NCBI RefSeq assembly: GCF_000014265.1
Contig: NC_008312.1
Coordinates: 780,001 to 812,000 of the forward strand
DNA: 32,000 bases
Direction of reading: 5' to 3'
Origin: Trichodesmium erythraeum IMS101
Lineage (GTDB): Bacteria; Cyanobacteriota; Cyanobacteriia; Cyanobacteriales; Microcoleaceae
The notes under the pieces are model-generated. The model searched no databases. It saw only the letters and a program-made list of their open reading frames with translations, and was not told the DNA's origin. Below, piece after piece: positions 9,920 to 20,184 of this stretch (the stretch's first letter is position 1; each line of letters begins with the position of its first letter). A program made the translations under genes and the position numbers.

Positions 9920-10056
9920 AGAGCTGATTTATAAAGTAAATTTAAGGTGCTGAATTAATTGCTATACTTAGCTTTCAAAAATTTTGTTCATTCAATTTGC
10001 TAATTGCCAAAAAGTGGGTAATATAATACTTCTAGTAAAGTTTACAAATCAGCTCT
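9920..10056 (+). mobile_element. MITE-like dispersed repeat, copy A, with intact 11-bp terminal inverted repeats
   Basis: agagctgattt at 9920-9930 is the exact reverse complement of aaatcagctct at 10046-10056. The body aligns by hand at about 80% identity (110 of 138 columns, 2 single-base indels) to 24443-24579. It contains no ORF. Confidence 0.55.
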
Positions 10057-10417
10057 GATATATATCAAAATGCTGCAAAAGACTAGAGTTATTTACAGTA
10101 TTTGAAATCTAGTTTTTGCAGCCAAGATATTTTTATAAGTACAGTATATTCTGTATTCTATGAAGTAGAGTAATGCTACCTTTAATATGATTTTGTGAAG
10201 TATTAAGTTAAAATTCCATTTTTGCTAGGAAAATTGACTATAGTTATCCTAAACAATGGGTCTGGATCTTCGTCTTTTTAGAGAAAGTTTTTATTGATGA
10301 AAATAGTAATAAATATGGTATTATATTATTAATTTATATCATAATTGTGAAAACTATATTTAATAGTAATTATTGTTAATTAGCCATAATAAAAATGCTT
10401 TTGCATTTCAAATGGCT

Positions 10418-10445
10418 CCTAATTCCCAATTCCTAATTACCAATT
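10418..10445. repeat. STRR-like heptamer tandem repeat (cctaatt cccaatt cctaatt accaatt)
   Basis: Period-7 repetition was read directly. A related tcccaat tcccaat is at 17622-17635. Confidence 0.6.
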
Positions 10446-11974
10446 TTCTAAAATTATTCCACGGTGGTTATTTGAACAGACATGATATAAGTATTGTATT
10501 TATCCTAAACCGATACAAAAAAACTAGAGAGTTTAAAGCTGTAATACTTTAGCTTACTGTCTGGAGTTATACAAATTAGGCTTCAATAAATCATTATTAT
10601 CTAAGCGGTAGAAGTTATTTATGATTCAAGCTAAAAAAACTGAATATAGAAAACGGCTAAGATTAAGATTTTGATTATACTATAGAGATAAATCATTGAA
10701 TGATTTGAATGATCTGAGGGTTTTCCTTCGGAATAGTGGGAAAAATATTGCGGATCACTCAGGGCAGGTCGGCTTTACAAACTTTTTGAGCTTACTAAAG
10801 TAAGAGAAAGGTAAACCTCTTCAACCTCTAAAGTTCAAACTTAGGAATTCGCCCACAAAATGCTAAGTTTGTCTTGAGAGGCTTTAGAGTACATCAAGAA
10901 AAATTCTATTTGGATAACATTAGAAAGCCTAAAATTTTTGGGTCAAGAGAATTAAGCATTTAAACAATAATTTTTATTCACCCTAGTTGTATTTGAGATA
11001 TAGAGTAAACGGATTTAGCATAACATATAGGTGTAATTAATTTTCTACAATGCTTACCTACTGCTAGATTATCAGTAATAGTCATAAGCATCATTACACT
11101 CATTTTTTGCCTGATCTAGTTATACTTGAGTTATATAGTATGAGATTATAAGAGGTTAAGTATCGCAAAATGTATAATTAATTTTGTGTGCCTACTTAGG
11201 ATTAATATATTTTTTGTCTTATTGGGTGATGCTTGTGGTATGGAAGCACGAAAGTACAGAGGCATGGATAAATGGCTTGGTAAATAGGTCTGGTATAGTA
11301 AGAATTGTCTCTTGATTTTTCAGCCTAGGTATGCCCAATATCTTCTTTATGGATGGGCTTGAGGCACGGAAAAGCTGGTACTTTTAAAAATTAAAATTTA
11401 GCTAAAACTTTATATCTGTCAATGCTTTGAGAATTAATTAGCAACTCTTACTTAAAAGATTTAACTAATAGATATTTTATCCGTTTTGTATTATAAGTGA
11501 AGTCATAAATTTAGCCTCAAAATGATGAATTAATAGAGATAGATATATGAATTAAATTTTTTGCTATTTTGAGTGATGGCAATTGAAAAAAAAATTGTAA
11601 GTCTAAACCTTTAAAAAACGATTAATAAGCAACCTATTTTAGAGGATATTTAAAGGACGAAAGTTCAGAAATTAAATCTTTATATTAAAAAAACTATAGG
11701 GTCTTAAAGCTCTTAAAATACTAGGGTAAAAAATTCTAAAAATCATGCCTATTTATTAATTTCCTAAAATTTTTATTGTGGCATCATAGTAATTAAATTT
11801 TAACTTTAGAATGAAGATTGATGATAAAAATAAAAACTTATAGGAAAGAGATAGAAGCATTTTTTATATGTTTAGAAATCATTATAGGATTTTAGGTATA
11901 TGATTATAATTAACTTATAAATTAATAGATAAAAAAAATCAATAATTACGACAAAAGTTAATAATAGAAAAGTT

Positions 11975-13528
11975 ATGTCTTTAACAGAAAAAATTCTCGA
12001 CCAAATTCCAGGAAACCCTTTAGAAGGTCTGCGACGAGTCGATCAGATTTGGCAAAAACTTCGTTCAGAAAGTATAATTATTCCTAGTACTATTAGTGAA
12101 GAAAATAAACCACTAAAAGAAGATGAATGGGATGTAGTAATTTGCGGAGGTACTCTTGGTATAATAATTGGTGCTGCTTTGGCAAAAAAAGGTTGGCGGG
12201 TTGCACTGTTAGAACAAGGTATTCTTAAGGGTAGAAAACAAGAATGGAATATTTCTCGCAAAGAACTAGAAACATTTGTAGAATTAAACCTTGTATCTCA
12301 AGAAGAACTAGAAAAAGCGATCGCTACGGAATATAACCCTGCTCGAATTAGCTTCCCAAATAGTCCTGAAATATGGGTCAAAGATGTCCTCAATATTGGT
12401 GTAGATCCAGTTTATCTTTTAGAAACTCTGAAACAATGCTTTTTAGAAGCAGGGGGTCAACTATTTGAAAATACATCTTATGAAGCAGCAGTAATTCATC
12501 CAGATGGGGTAAATATCCAAACTAGCAATGGTAGATCATTCAAAACTCGACTACTTCTGGATGCAATGGGTCATTTTTCTCCTATTGTCAAACAAGCAAG
12601 GGAAGGCAAAAAACCTGATGCTGTTTGTTTAGTGGTTGGTACTTGCGCTACTGGATACCCAAAAAATGATACGGGGGATATTTTTGCCTCGTTTACTCCG
12701 ATCAAAAATCAATGTCAATATTTTTGGGAAGCATTTCCTGCTAGAGATGGACGAACTACTTATCTATTTACTTATTTAGATGCTCATCGAGATAGATTTT
12801 CTTTGGAATTTTTCTTTGAAGAATATCTACGTCTATTACCTGAATATCAAAAAGTTGAACTTAGTCAACTTAAATTTCAACGTGCTTTATTTGGTTTTTT
12901 TCCTTGTTATCGTCAAAGTCCCTTGAAAACCCCTTGGAATCGTATTTTGCCAGTGGGTGATAGTAGTGGAAGTCAGTCTCCTCTTAGTTTTGGTGGTTTT
13001 GGCTCTATGGTACGTCATTTGAAACGTCTGATGGTGGGTATTGATGAAGCTTTGCAAACTGAAAATTTGTCTGCAAATGCTCTGGGACTTTTACAACCGT
13101 ATCAACCTAATGTATCAGTTACTTGGCTGTTTCAACGTTCTATGAGTATAGGGGTAAATCAATTTGTTGAACCACATCAAATTAATGAATTATTGGCAGG
13201 GGTGTTTCAGGTAATGGAAAAATTGGGTGAACCTGTACTGAAACCTTTTTTGCAAGATGTTGTACAGTTTCCTGCTTTGGCGCAAACTTTATTTGTTACT
13301 TCTTTAAAGCAACCAGGTTTAGTAATAAAAATTATCCCTCAAGTGGGAATAGGAAATTTGTTAAATTGGATGAAACATTATTTAAATTTGGGAGTATACA
13401 GTTTTTTATATCCTATTGGGGGAGTTATGGAAGGTTTAACGGCAAAAATGTCAGAAGAACAAAGGTATTATTATAACCGTTGGATTGAACAATGGAAATA
13501 TGGTTCAGGAGGAGATTATATTGAGTGA
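11975..13528 (+). CDS. FAD-dependent oxidoreductase (possibly CruP-type lycopene-cyclase-family protein)
   Basis: WDVVICGGTLGIIIGAALAKKGWRVALLEQG is a dinucleotide-binding GxGxxG motif. The conserved GDSSGSQSPLSFGGFGSMVRHL block is present. The subfamily assignment is from memory only. Confidence 0.6.
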   Translation: MSLTEKILDQIPGNPLEGLRRVDQIWQKLRSESIIIPSTISEENKPLKEDEWDVVICGGTLGIIIGAALAKKGWRVALLEQGILKGRKQEWNISRKELETFVELNLVSQEELEKAIATEYNPARISFPNSPEIWVKDVLNIGVDPVYLLETLKQCFLEAGGQLFENTSYEAAVIHPDGVNIQTSNGRSFKTRLLLDAMGHFSPIVKQAREGKKPDAVCLVVGTCATGYPKNDTGDIFASFTPIKNQCQYFWEAFPARDGRTTYLFTYLDAHRDRFSLEFFFEEYLRLLPEYQKVELSQLKFQRALFGFFPCYRQSPLKTPWNRILPVGDSSGSQSPLSFGGFGSMVRHLKRLMVGIDEALQTENLSANALGLLQPYQPNVSVTWLFQRSMSIGVNQFVEPHQINELLAGVFQVMEKLGEPVLKPFLQDVVQFPALAQTLFVTSLKQPGLVIKIIPQVGIGNLLNWMKHYLNLGVYSFLYPIGGVMEGLTAKMSEEQRYYYNRWIEQWKYGSGGDYIE

Positions 13529-13588
13529 CTTATCTACACAAACCTATCCGTTTTCTGTATAGGCTTCTGATGCTTTTTAAGATTTAAT

Positions 13589-13629
13589 GTTGCAGGGTGT
13601 TTCATATTAGTTGAAGATACACCCGCAAC
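13589..13629. terminator. Hairpin between the convergent FAD-oxidoreductase and murF genes (candidate bidirectional terminator)
   Basis: gttgc(a)gggtg at 13589-13599 pairs with cacccgcaac at 13620-13629, giving 10 bp with one bulged A. No clear U-tract lies on either side. Confidence 0.3.
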
Positions 13630-13659
13630 AGGAAAGATGTCTATGCTATAAATGCATTA

Positions 13660-15066
13660 CTAATTAATTAAAAGTTCGACTACTTTATTTAACTCTACAG
13701 AATGAGAAGCCTTAAAAAGAACCCGATCACCAGGCTGTAAAAACTCCTGTAAATATTTGGCTAAATTATGATGAGCATTATCAGCAGTGATATTTTCTAC
13801 CTTGATAAATTGCAAACTAGCAGCACCTGTAGCCATTGCTTTTGCTTCCTCAAAATCAGCTAAAATAAATAAACCATCAATATTCAAATTTTTGACAACA
13901 TTACCAACTTGTTGATGAAATAAAATTGATTTGTTTCCCAATTCTTTCATAGTTCCCAATACAGCAATATGTCGTTTACCAGGAGTTTCAGCTAACAAAT
14001 TGAGAGCAGCTATCATTGACTCTAATCCAGCATTATAACTTTCATCTAAAATTACAATATCATTCTTTAAATCATATTTTCTTGCCCTACTTCCTGGTAA
14101 TTGAACGAATAAGTTATTAGTCAAAGATTGAAACAGAGTTTTTGCGGGAATATTTTTTCCATGAAGCACTTTTAAGACTGCTAATGCTGCCAAATAATTA
14201 GAAGCATTATGACTACCAGGTAAAGGTAAAGGTAAATCCACACCCTCAACATTTATCGTTTGAGAATCAATTAATTTTCCTTGTAAATTTCCACCTTCTA
14301 AACCATAAGTAAAAGTTTCTCCAGACCAAACTTTAGCCGCAGTTTCTATCAACCGTTGATTATCATAATTCAGAATAGCAATACTACTATCAGACATTTC
14401 TCTTAACAATTCACACTTAGCTTCAGCAATGGCTTCAACAGAACCCAAACGACCAATATGAGCAGTACCGACATTAGTAATTAAACCAATTGTCGGGTTA
14501 GCAATATGTGTTAACTCTGCTATTTCTCCTGGTCCCCGCATTGCCATTTCTACTACTGCATAATTCTCTTCATTAGAAAGTTGTAGTAGAGTTTTAGCTA
14601 CACCTATTTCATTGTTATAATTAGCTTCAGTTTTCATGACTTTACCCTGAGTTGCTAAAACTTCAGCAATTAATTCTTTAGTAGTTGTTTTACCTACTGA
14701 ACCTGTGACCGAAATAACAGGAATATCAAATCTATCTCGCCACCAACGAGCAATTTTTTGGTAAGCTTTTAAAGTATTTTCTACTTGTAATATAGGTATA
14801 TTATTTGATAGTTGTTGAATCTCACTATTTAAGGTATATTCTTGTTCAACAATCACACAAGAAGCTCCCTTTTCGATTGCTTCGTCAACAAAATTATGGC
14901 CATCAAAATTATTTCCTCGTAATGCCAAAAATCCTTCACCAGGCTGTAAGTTACGAGTATCTGTATTTATGCTTGTAATTAATGTTTTTTCTGGAGTATG
15001 AAAACCTGTAAGTGTTGTAGTAGTTAATATTTCGGTCAGTTGAAATAAAGTCATGCAACAAACCAT
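13660..15066 (-). CDS. murF: UDP-N-acetylmuramoyl-tripeptide--D-alanyl-D-alanine ligase
   Basis: VISVTGSVGKTTTKELIA is the Mur ligase P-loop. NYNNEIGVAKTLL, GTAHIGRLGS and DESYNA are also present, and the length is typical. The start may be the second ATG at 15054 (MTLFQL...). Confidence 0.9.
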   Translation of the reverse strand: MVCCMTLFQLTEILTTTTLTGFHTPEKTLITSINTDTRNLQPGEGFLALRGNNFDGHNFVDEAIEKGASCVIVEQEYTLNSEIQQLSNNIPILQVENTLKAYQKIARWWRDRFDIPVISVTGSVGKTTTKELIAEVLATQGKVMKTEANYNNEIGVAKTLLQLSNEENYAVVEMAMRGPGEIAELTHIANPTIGLITNVGTAHIGRLGSVEAIAEAKCELLREMSDSSIAILNYDNQRLIETAAKVWSGETFTYGLEGGNLQGKLIDSQTINVEGVDLPLPLPGSHNASNYLAALAVLKVLHGKNIPAKTLFQSLTNNLFVQLPGSRARKYDLKNDIVILDESYNAGLESMIAALNLLAETPGKRHIAVLGTMKELGNKSILFHQQVGNVVKNLNIDGLFILADFEEAKAMATGAASLQFIKVENITADNAHHNLAKYLQEFLQPGDRVLFKASHSVELNKVVELLIN

Positions 15067-16282
15067 AGCTATTGGCAGTTCTCCTAAAAGATATATTATA
15101 ATTATAGAAGAGTACTTGTGGTTCTTAAACTAAACTTATTTTCTGGGAATTAGCTGATTAACCAAGGCAAAATCAAAAGTATAATAATTTTTTTTAAAGT
15201 TAGTAAATATACTGATAACTAGTGAACTCAGATAGGGGAAAATAGTTCAAAGAAGCTTACCCTAATTTTAAGGAAAATTATGACAGGTTAGACGTTAATA
15301 TTTTTGCTAAAGTTCCTAAAAACTATTAATTTTTTTTTAGGATATATCTTGGCTTCCTATGAATAATATTGGTATTAGTTTAGAAGTTAATATTATTTAT
15401 AGCTATATATAGTGTTTCTTAAGCAACTGAGGTACAGTTTTTAAGTCCGCAGTTTCGGGAACTTTTATAACCTAAGTCAGTTGTGTGGAACGTCCCTATT
15501 AAATAAACGAATTTAAGTACTAACTGCTTATGGGAATTGTTTTAATCTACTAAAACTTCATAAAAACCTAAATATATTAGTAAGTAAGTAATGATTAATT
15601 AGAGTTATTATAAAGAAAACACCAAATATTACCAATGTAATTTTCAATTTTGGATAAGAGATAGATCTGGTTTTTCACACATTCCTAGGATATCCTTTGT
15701 CTTTATGCATTATTGGATCGCTCAATTTTAGAAGTCTTCTCTGTTTTTTTTCCTACTGCTATGTCCTTTACTGGTATGCAGCCCAAAAATTAGTATATGC
15801 TATTCCACATAGAGGATAAATAGTAAGTAAGAACTAACAAAAACTCCCAACAGCTTTTCCCTCTCATGAGTTTATATAAACACAAATAATCTCATGCACA
15901 TCTACTTCCATTACAAAACATACTCACTGCTTGTTACTTTTTTGTCTATACTCTGATTATAATTTATCACATCAAATCACATTGAATTGTGAGCCTCTAT
16001 TTTTTTTGCTTGAACCTTTACCTTTCCGGGTAGCTGTGCTTATGTCTCATTGACTAAAAAAGAAAATCAATTAAATATAATGAGATTAAAGAAATTATAC
16101 CAATTTCATAAACTTAAGCTACACTGCTTTACTTAATAAGATTACTGAATTAGGGTTATATGATTTCATTCTTAAGTATGATGTGTAGCCATACTTAAGA
16201 AAATTGGAGTTATTAAATTGCATAATTATATTATTTATCAGGGTACTATGATCTAAAAAAAATCAATTAGGAAATATATCAA

Positions 16283-17596
16283 ATGAAAAACTTTATAGAT
16301 AGAAATGAACAAGAAAAATCCCAGTATCAACAGTATATCTATAACCATTTTCTCCAGTTGATAGATATAGAATCATCAGAAGAGATAATTAAAAGGTTTA
16401 GAATTTTATTTATTAATTGTTCTGAATATCCTGATAGAAAAGTATCTAGAGCACTAGAAATAATTATCGCATTATTGGAAGATAAAGAAGAATTTAATTT
16501 TTTCTTAAATCGTTGTTTTCATATAGTTATTAATAGAAAGCAACCTTATAACTATAAAAAAGATGTGTTGCTAGACTTAATTAAAATTTTTGATAGCATT
16601 AACAATAAACCAATACACCGCCACTACGGTTCTCGTAGTAGTCAGAAACTGTTAGACGTGGTTCGAGCATTTACAAAAAGTGAACAGTATTTTAGTTTAA
16701 AACGTTTAGCAGAAGTAATAAACCAAGAAGTAATAAGTTATAGAAACAATGATAGTGCTTTAGTTGAACCTTTGAGAACTTTAATTCCACGTTATCCTTA
16801 CTTATATCAACATTGTTTAATTACCTTAGACAATAGCTATGAACATCAGGAAGCTATCAAGAAGATGCAACGACAAAAACAAAAAAAATTTGAAATAGAT
16901 TTATCCCACTACATAACTCATCAAATTAGACATGGGGTAACAACTACTTCAAATTTTCAAAGTTCAAGTTTTACAGAGTCTAGTTGGGAAAACACGAATA
17001 AAATTAAAAATCCTACTCTTTTGAATGACCGGGAATTATTATCAGCTACTAGACAATTTGTAGGTAAAGTTGAAAATGGCAAGAGCTACCAAGACTATGC
17101 CAAAAGTTTTCTAATTTATACCAAACAACCTCAATCCTATAGTAGCTTTAAAAAAATCTTCTACCAATACTTAAGCACATCCTTTAATGTAGGCTCTAGG
17201 TATGTTAAGGATCATTTCAAGAGAGAACTATATAATCAACTCAAAAATACTATGTCTCACAATGATAATAAAAAATTAAATGACTTTTTAGTGATGAGAA
17301 CCTGTAATAAAATATTAGGATTTTTAGTGGTAGAAAGCACTAAAAAACCAGAGCACTTTTTCTTTGATAACCTGATATCTAATATAGGTTCAATAGCAAC
17401 TACTAGCCTTCTTCTCAAAATAGTTTTAGTTTGCTATAAAGTCAAATCATACTTAGAAAAGCGATTTGCAATACTCTTTAACCATTATGAAAGAAGCACA
17501 AGAGAATCAGTTAAGTGGTTAGTAAAGGTATTAGAAAATCTACAAGTTGCATTCAGTACCAACTTTGGAAAAGTTGATTTATCTTTTATTTGTTAG
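16283..17596 (+). CDS. Hypothetical protein, 437 aa, K/N/I-rich, no motif recognised
   Basis: An uninterrupted 1.3-kb ORF is unlikely by chance in sequence this AT-rich and stop-rich. No domain, signal peptide or TM segment is evident to me. Confidence 0.6.
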   Translation: MKNFIDRNEQEKSQYQQYIYNHFLQLIDIESSEEIIKRFRILFINCSEYPDRKVSRALEIIIALLEDKEEFNFFLNRCFHIVINRKQPYNYKKDVLLDLIKIFDSINNKPIHRHYGSRSSQKLLDVVRAFTKSEQYFSLKRLAEVINQEVISYRNNDSALVEPLRTLIPRYPYLYQHCLITLDNSYEHQEAIKKMQRQKQKKFEIDLSHYITHQIRHGVTTTSNFQSSSFTESSWENTNKIKNPTLLNDRELLSATRQFVGKVENGKSYQDYAKSFLIYTKQPQSYSSFKKIFYQYLSTSFNVGSRYVKDHFKRELYNQLKNTMSHNDNKKLNDFLVMRTCNKILGFLVVESTKKPEHFFFDNLISNIGSIATTSLLLKIVLVCYKVKSYLEKRFAILFNHYERSTRESVKWLVKVLENLQVAFSTNFGKVDLSFIC

Positions 17597-17860
17597 AAGA
17601 TTTAAAACCTTTATGACACACTCCCAATTCCCAATTAAATTTGAAGGTGCTCTAGTGGAATAGCACAAAATCACTGAAGTTTTCAAGTATCAAGGCTAAT
17701 ATTAAAAATGAACATTCTTTATTGACAGCAAACGTACAACTTTGTCTATTTTTTGAGAAGGTGTTATATGATAATAATAAAAGAGTCCCTGAAGCTAAGT
17801 GCTAATAGGTAAACTATTAAAAATTAATAACTAATTTGTTCAAGAATAGAATAAAAAGTA

Positions 17861-18042
17861 ATGACCCAAGTGTTACTAGGCGAAAACGAAGGTATAGAGT
17901 CGGCCCTCCGGCGATTCAAATGTCAAGTTTCCAAGGCAGGTATTCTTGCAGATGTTAAAAAAAACGTCGATTTTTTGAAACCCCTCAAGAAAAACGTAAG
18001 AGAAAGGCAGTAGCAGCACAGCGAAAAAAACAATTTTATTAA
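17861..18042 (+). CDS. rpsU: 30S ribosomal protein S21, reading frame interrupted inside an A8 run; an intact product needs a -1 shift (or 9 A's)
   Basis: Frame 0 from the ATG at 17861 gives [35 protein letters not shown] and then stops at 18011-18013. The -1 frame from 17965 gives [25 protein letters not shown], with its stop at 18040-18042. The two halves together match the conserved S21 pattern ENE..ALRRFKR...KAG.LA.V+++.F.E.P...RKR. The A-run is at 17957-17964. Confidence 0.75.
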
Positions 18043-18756
18043 AGTGTTAATTTATGGCTACAAAATCAGAAAATTTAGACTAGAAGCTAATGAGGCTTGA
18101 AAAATTTTAGCCTAGAGTTTTTTTTTGAGCTCACCTCCAGTTTAAAGGTGTGGATCTTCTATCTAATCAATAGTTACCCAAATTAAATCAGAATAACTGA
18201 ACAGGCCTTAGGGAGGATTGACATTTTGCATTAGCTCTACTAATAAAGAATCTTACATTCAGGCCAACCCAACCAACACTTTAGGCGTTGGTGGAGAGCT
18301 ACAATGATGGTTATACTTACATCCATATCTTTTTTGATATCTCGATCGTCCCCTTACGAGTAATATCACTGAACATAGTTGAGTAGTACTTGACTAATAA
18401 TTTAATTACTGGATTTAAAGGGATTAATGCCTTGAGAAGGATATATTTATTTAAGTCACATATTTTTGCCAGTTTCCGCGCGGGAATTTTTATAATCCTG
18501 AAGAATGGTTGAATTAAGGTTTTAAATTCTGGTTTCTTCCCTATATATTATTTTGTCGGGGCAACTTTGGTTTTTTCCAGTTTTAGTTCTAATCTTACTT
18601 ACCTTAACCATTCTTGTATTAAGGCATGAGCTTGTGTTACTACTTTGATTTCTTCCTGTAGATAGAGTAATTAAAATTCCATGTTTAGATCTGTGTTCCA
18701 GTAAAAGTAATGTTATTTATTTTCAAGCTAAAAATATAAGTAAGAAATACCGGAAA

Positions 18757-20184
18757 ATGAATCTCGACCGAGAACTAGACGAAACAATATCAAGCTTTGC
18801 AGATATTCAAGCAGAACTTAATATCTGTAATGCGAAAGATGCCTTAAAAGAAATCGTAATTAATTTAGACTTAACTCCGGAGGAAAGGGCAGGATTAGAC
18901 TCTGAAATTTCTGGGTTAGAGTCAATGTTAGAAAAGTTAGAAAAAGCTTCTGTTTATATTGCTGTATTTGGCATGGTAGGCCGAGGTAAGTCTTCACTTC
19001 TTAATGCTTTATTAGGAGAAAAAGTATTTGAAACTGGTCCAATTCATGGTGTTACTAAAACGACAAAAATTAGACAATGGCAATTAGGAAGAGATAATTT
19101 AACGGAAATAGAATCATCATCTACAAATTCTTTAACTTCCTACAGAATATCTCAAGTGGAATTAATTGATACTCCTGGTATAGATGAAGTAGACGGAGAA
19201 ACTAGGGAATTAATGGCCCGACAGGTGGCAAAACAGGCAGATTTACTTTTATTTGCTGTAGCGGGAGATATTACCCAAGTAGAGTATGAAGCTCTTTCTT
19301 ATTTAAGAGATGCTGGTAAACCAATTTTACTTGTGTTTAACAAAATAGACCAGTATCCAGAAACAGATAGGTTAGCTATATATAATAAAATTCGCAATGA
19401 GCGAGTTCGTGAATTACTCTCACCAAATGAAATAGTTATGGCTGCTGCTTCTCCACTACTTCCTAAAGCGGTGCCAGCTTCTGATGGTAGTCTCAGAGTA
19501 GAGATGGTGCGAGGAGAACCTCAAGTAGAAGACTTAAAGCTGAAAATATTGGAAATTTTAGATGGAGAAGGTAAGTCTTTGGTGGCCCTCAATAGTATGC
19601 TCTATGCTGATGATGTGAATGAACAGTTAGTACGCCGGAAAATGGAAATTCGCTCTCAAAGTGCAGATGGGGTTATATGGAAGGGGGTGATGACAAAAGC
19701 AATGGCGATCGCTCTCAACCCTGTGACTGTGGTAGATATTCTCAGTGGGGCGATTATTGATGTATCTATGATATTGACTTTATCAAAGTTATATGGTATA
19801 AAAATGAATCAAAGAGGAGCATTAGACTTATTACAAAAGATAGCTATTAGTATGGGTGGTATAACTGCGAGTGAATTAGTGGCAAATCTAGGATTAAGTT
19901 CTGTGAAAGGATTATTGGGTTTAGCTGCACCTGTTACTAGTGGGTTATCTTTAGGGCCCTATTTGTCTGTAGCAGCGACTCAAGCAGCAGTAGGAGGTGT
20001 ATCATCTTATGGAATTGGGCAAATAACTAAAACATATCTTGCTAATGGTGCTTCTTGGGGAGAGGAAAGTCCGAAAACAGTAGTTAATAATATTTTGGCA
20101 TCTTTGGATGAAAATTCGATTATGGGTCGTATTAAGGAAGAATTAATAGCTAAATTAAATATCAAAAATTTTAGTAATCAATAA
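18757..20184 (+). CDS. P-loop GTPase (HSR1/MMR1-type G domain) with a Gly/Ala-rich hydrophobic DUF697-like C-terminal region
   Basis: The G motifs are present: G1 GMVGRGKSSLLNALLG, G3 DTPGIDE and G4 NKID. The C-terminal segment ALNPVTVVDILSGAIIDVSMILTLSKLYG...GLSSVKGLLGLAAPVTSG is typical of DUF697-containing cyanobacterial GTPases, from memory. Confidence 0.7.
   Translation: MNLDRELDETISSFADIQAELNICNAKDALKEIVINLDLTPEERAGLDSEISGLESMLEKLEKASVYIAVFGMVGRGKSSLLNALLGEKVFETGPIHGVTKTTKIRQWQLGRDNLTEIESSSTNSLTSYRISQVELIDTPGIDEVDGETRELMARQVAKQADLLLFAVAGDITQVEYEALSYLRDAGKPILLVFNKIDQYPETDRLAIYNKIRNERVRELLSPNEIVMAAASPLLPKAVPASDGSLRVEMVRGEPQVEDLKLKILEILDGEGKSLVALNSMLYADDVNEQLVRRKMEIRSQSADGVIWKGVMTKAMAIALNPVTVVDILSGAIIDVSMILTLSKLYGIKMNQRGALDLLQKIAISMGGITASELVANLGLSSVKGLLGLAAPVTSGLSLGPYLSVAATQAAVGGVSSYGIGQITKTYLANGASWGEESPKTVVNNILASLDENSIMGRIKEELIAKLNIKNFSNQ

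Noticed and set aside
12043-12261. 72-aa antisense ORF within the FAD oxidoreductase gene
   Set aside because: It is antisense to the Rossmann-motif region of a supported CDS and has no features.
18086-18126. Possible terminator after rpsU (run of 9 T at 18118-18126)
   Set aside because: The only stems I can draw directly upstream are 4-5 bp (aggct/agcct, gctaa/ttagc). That is too weak to call a terminator.
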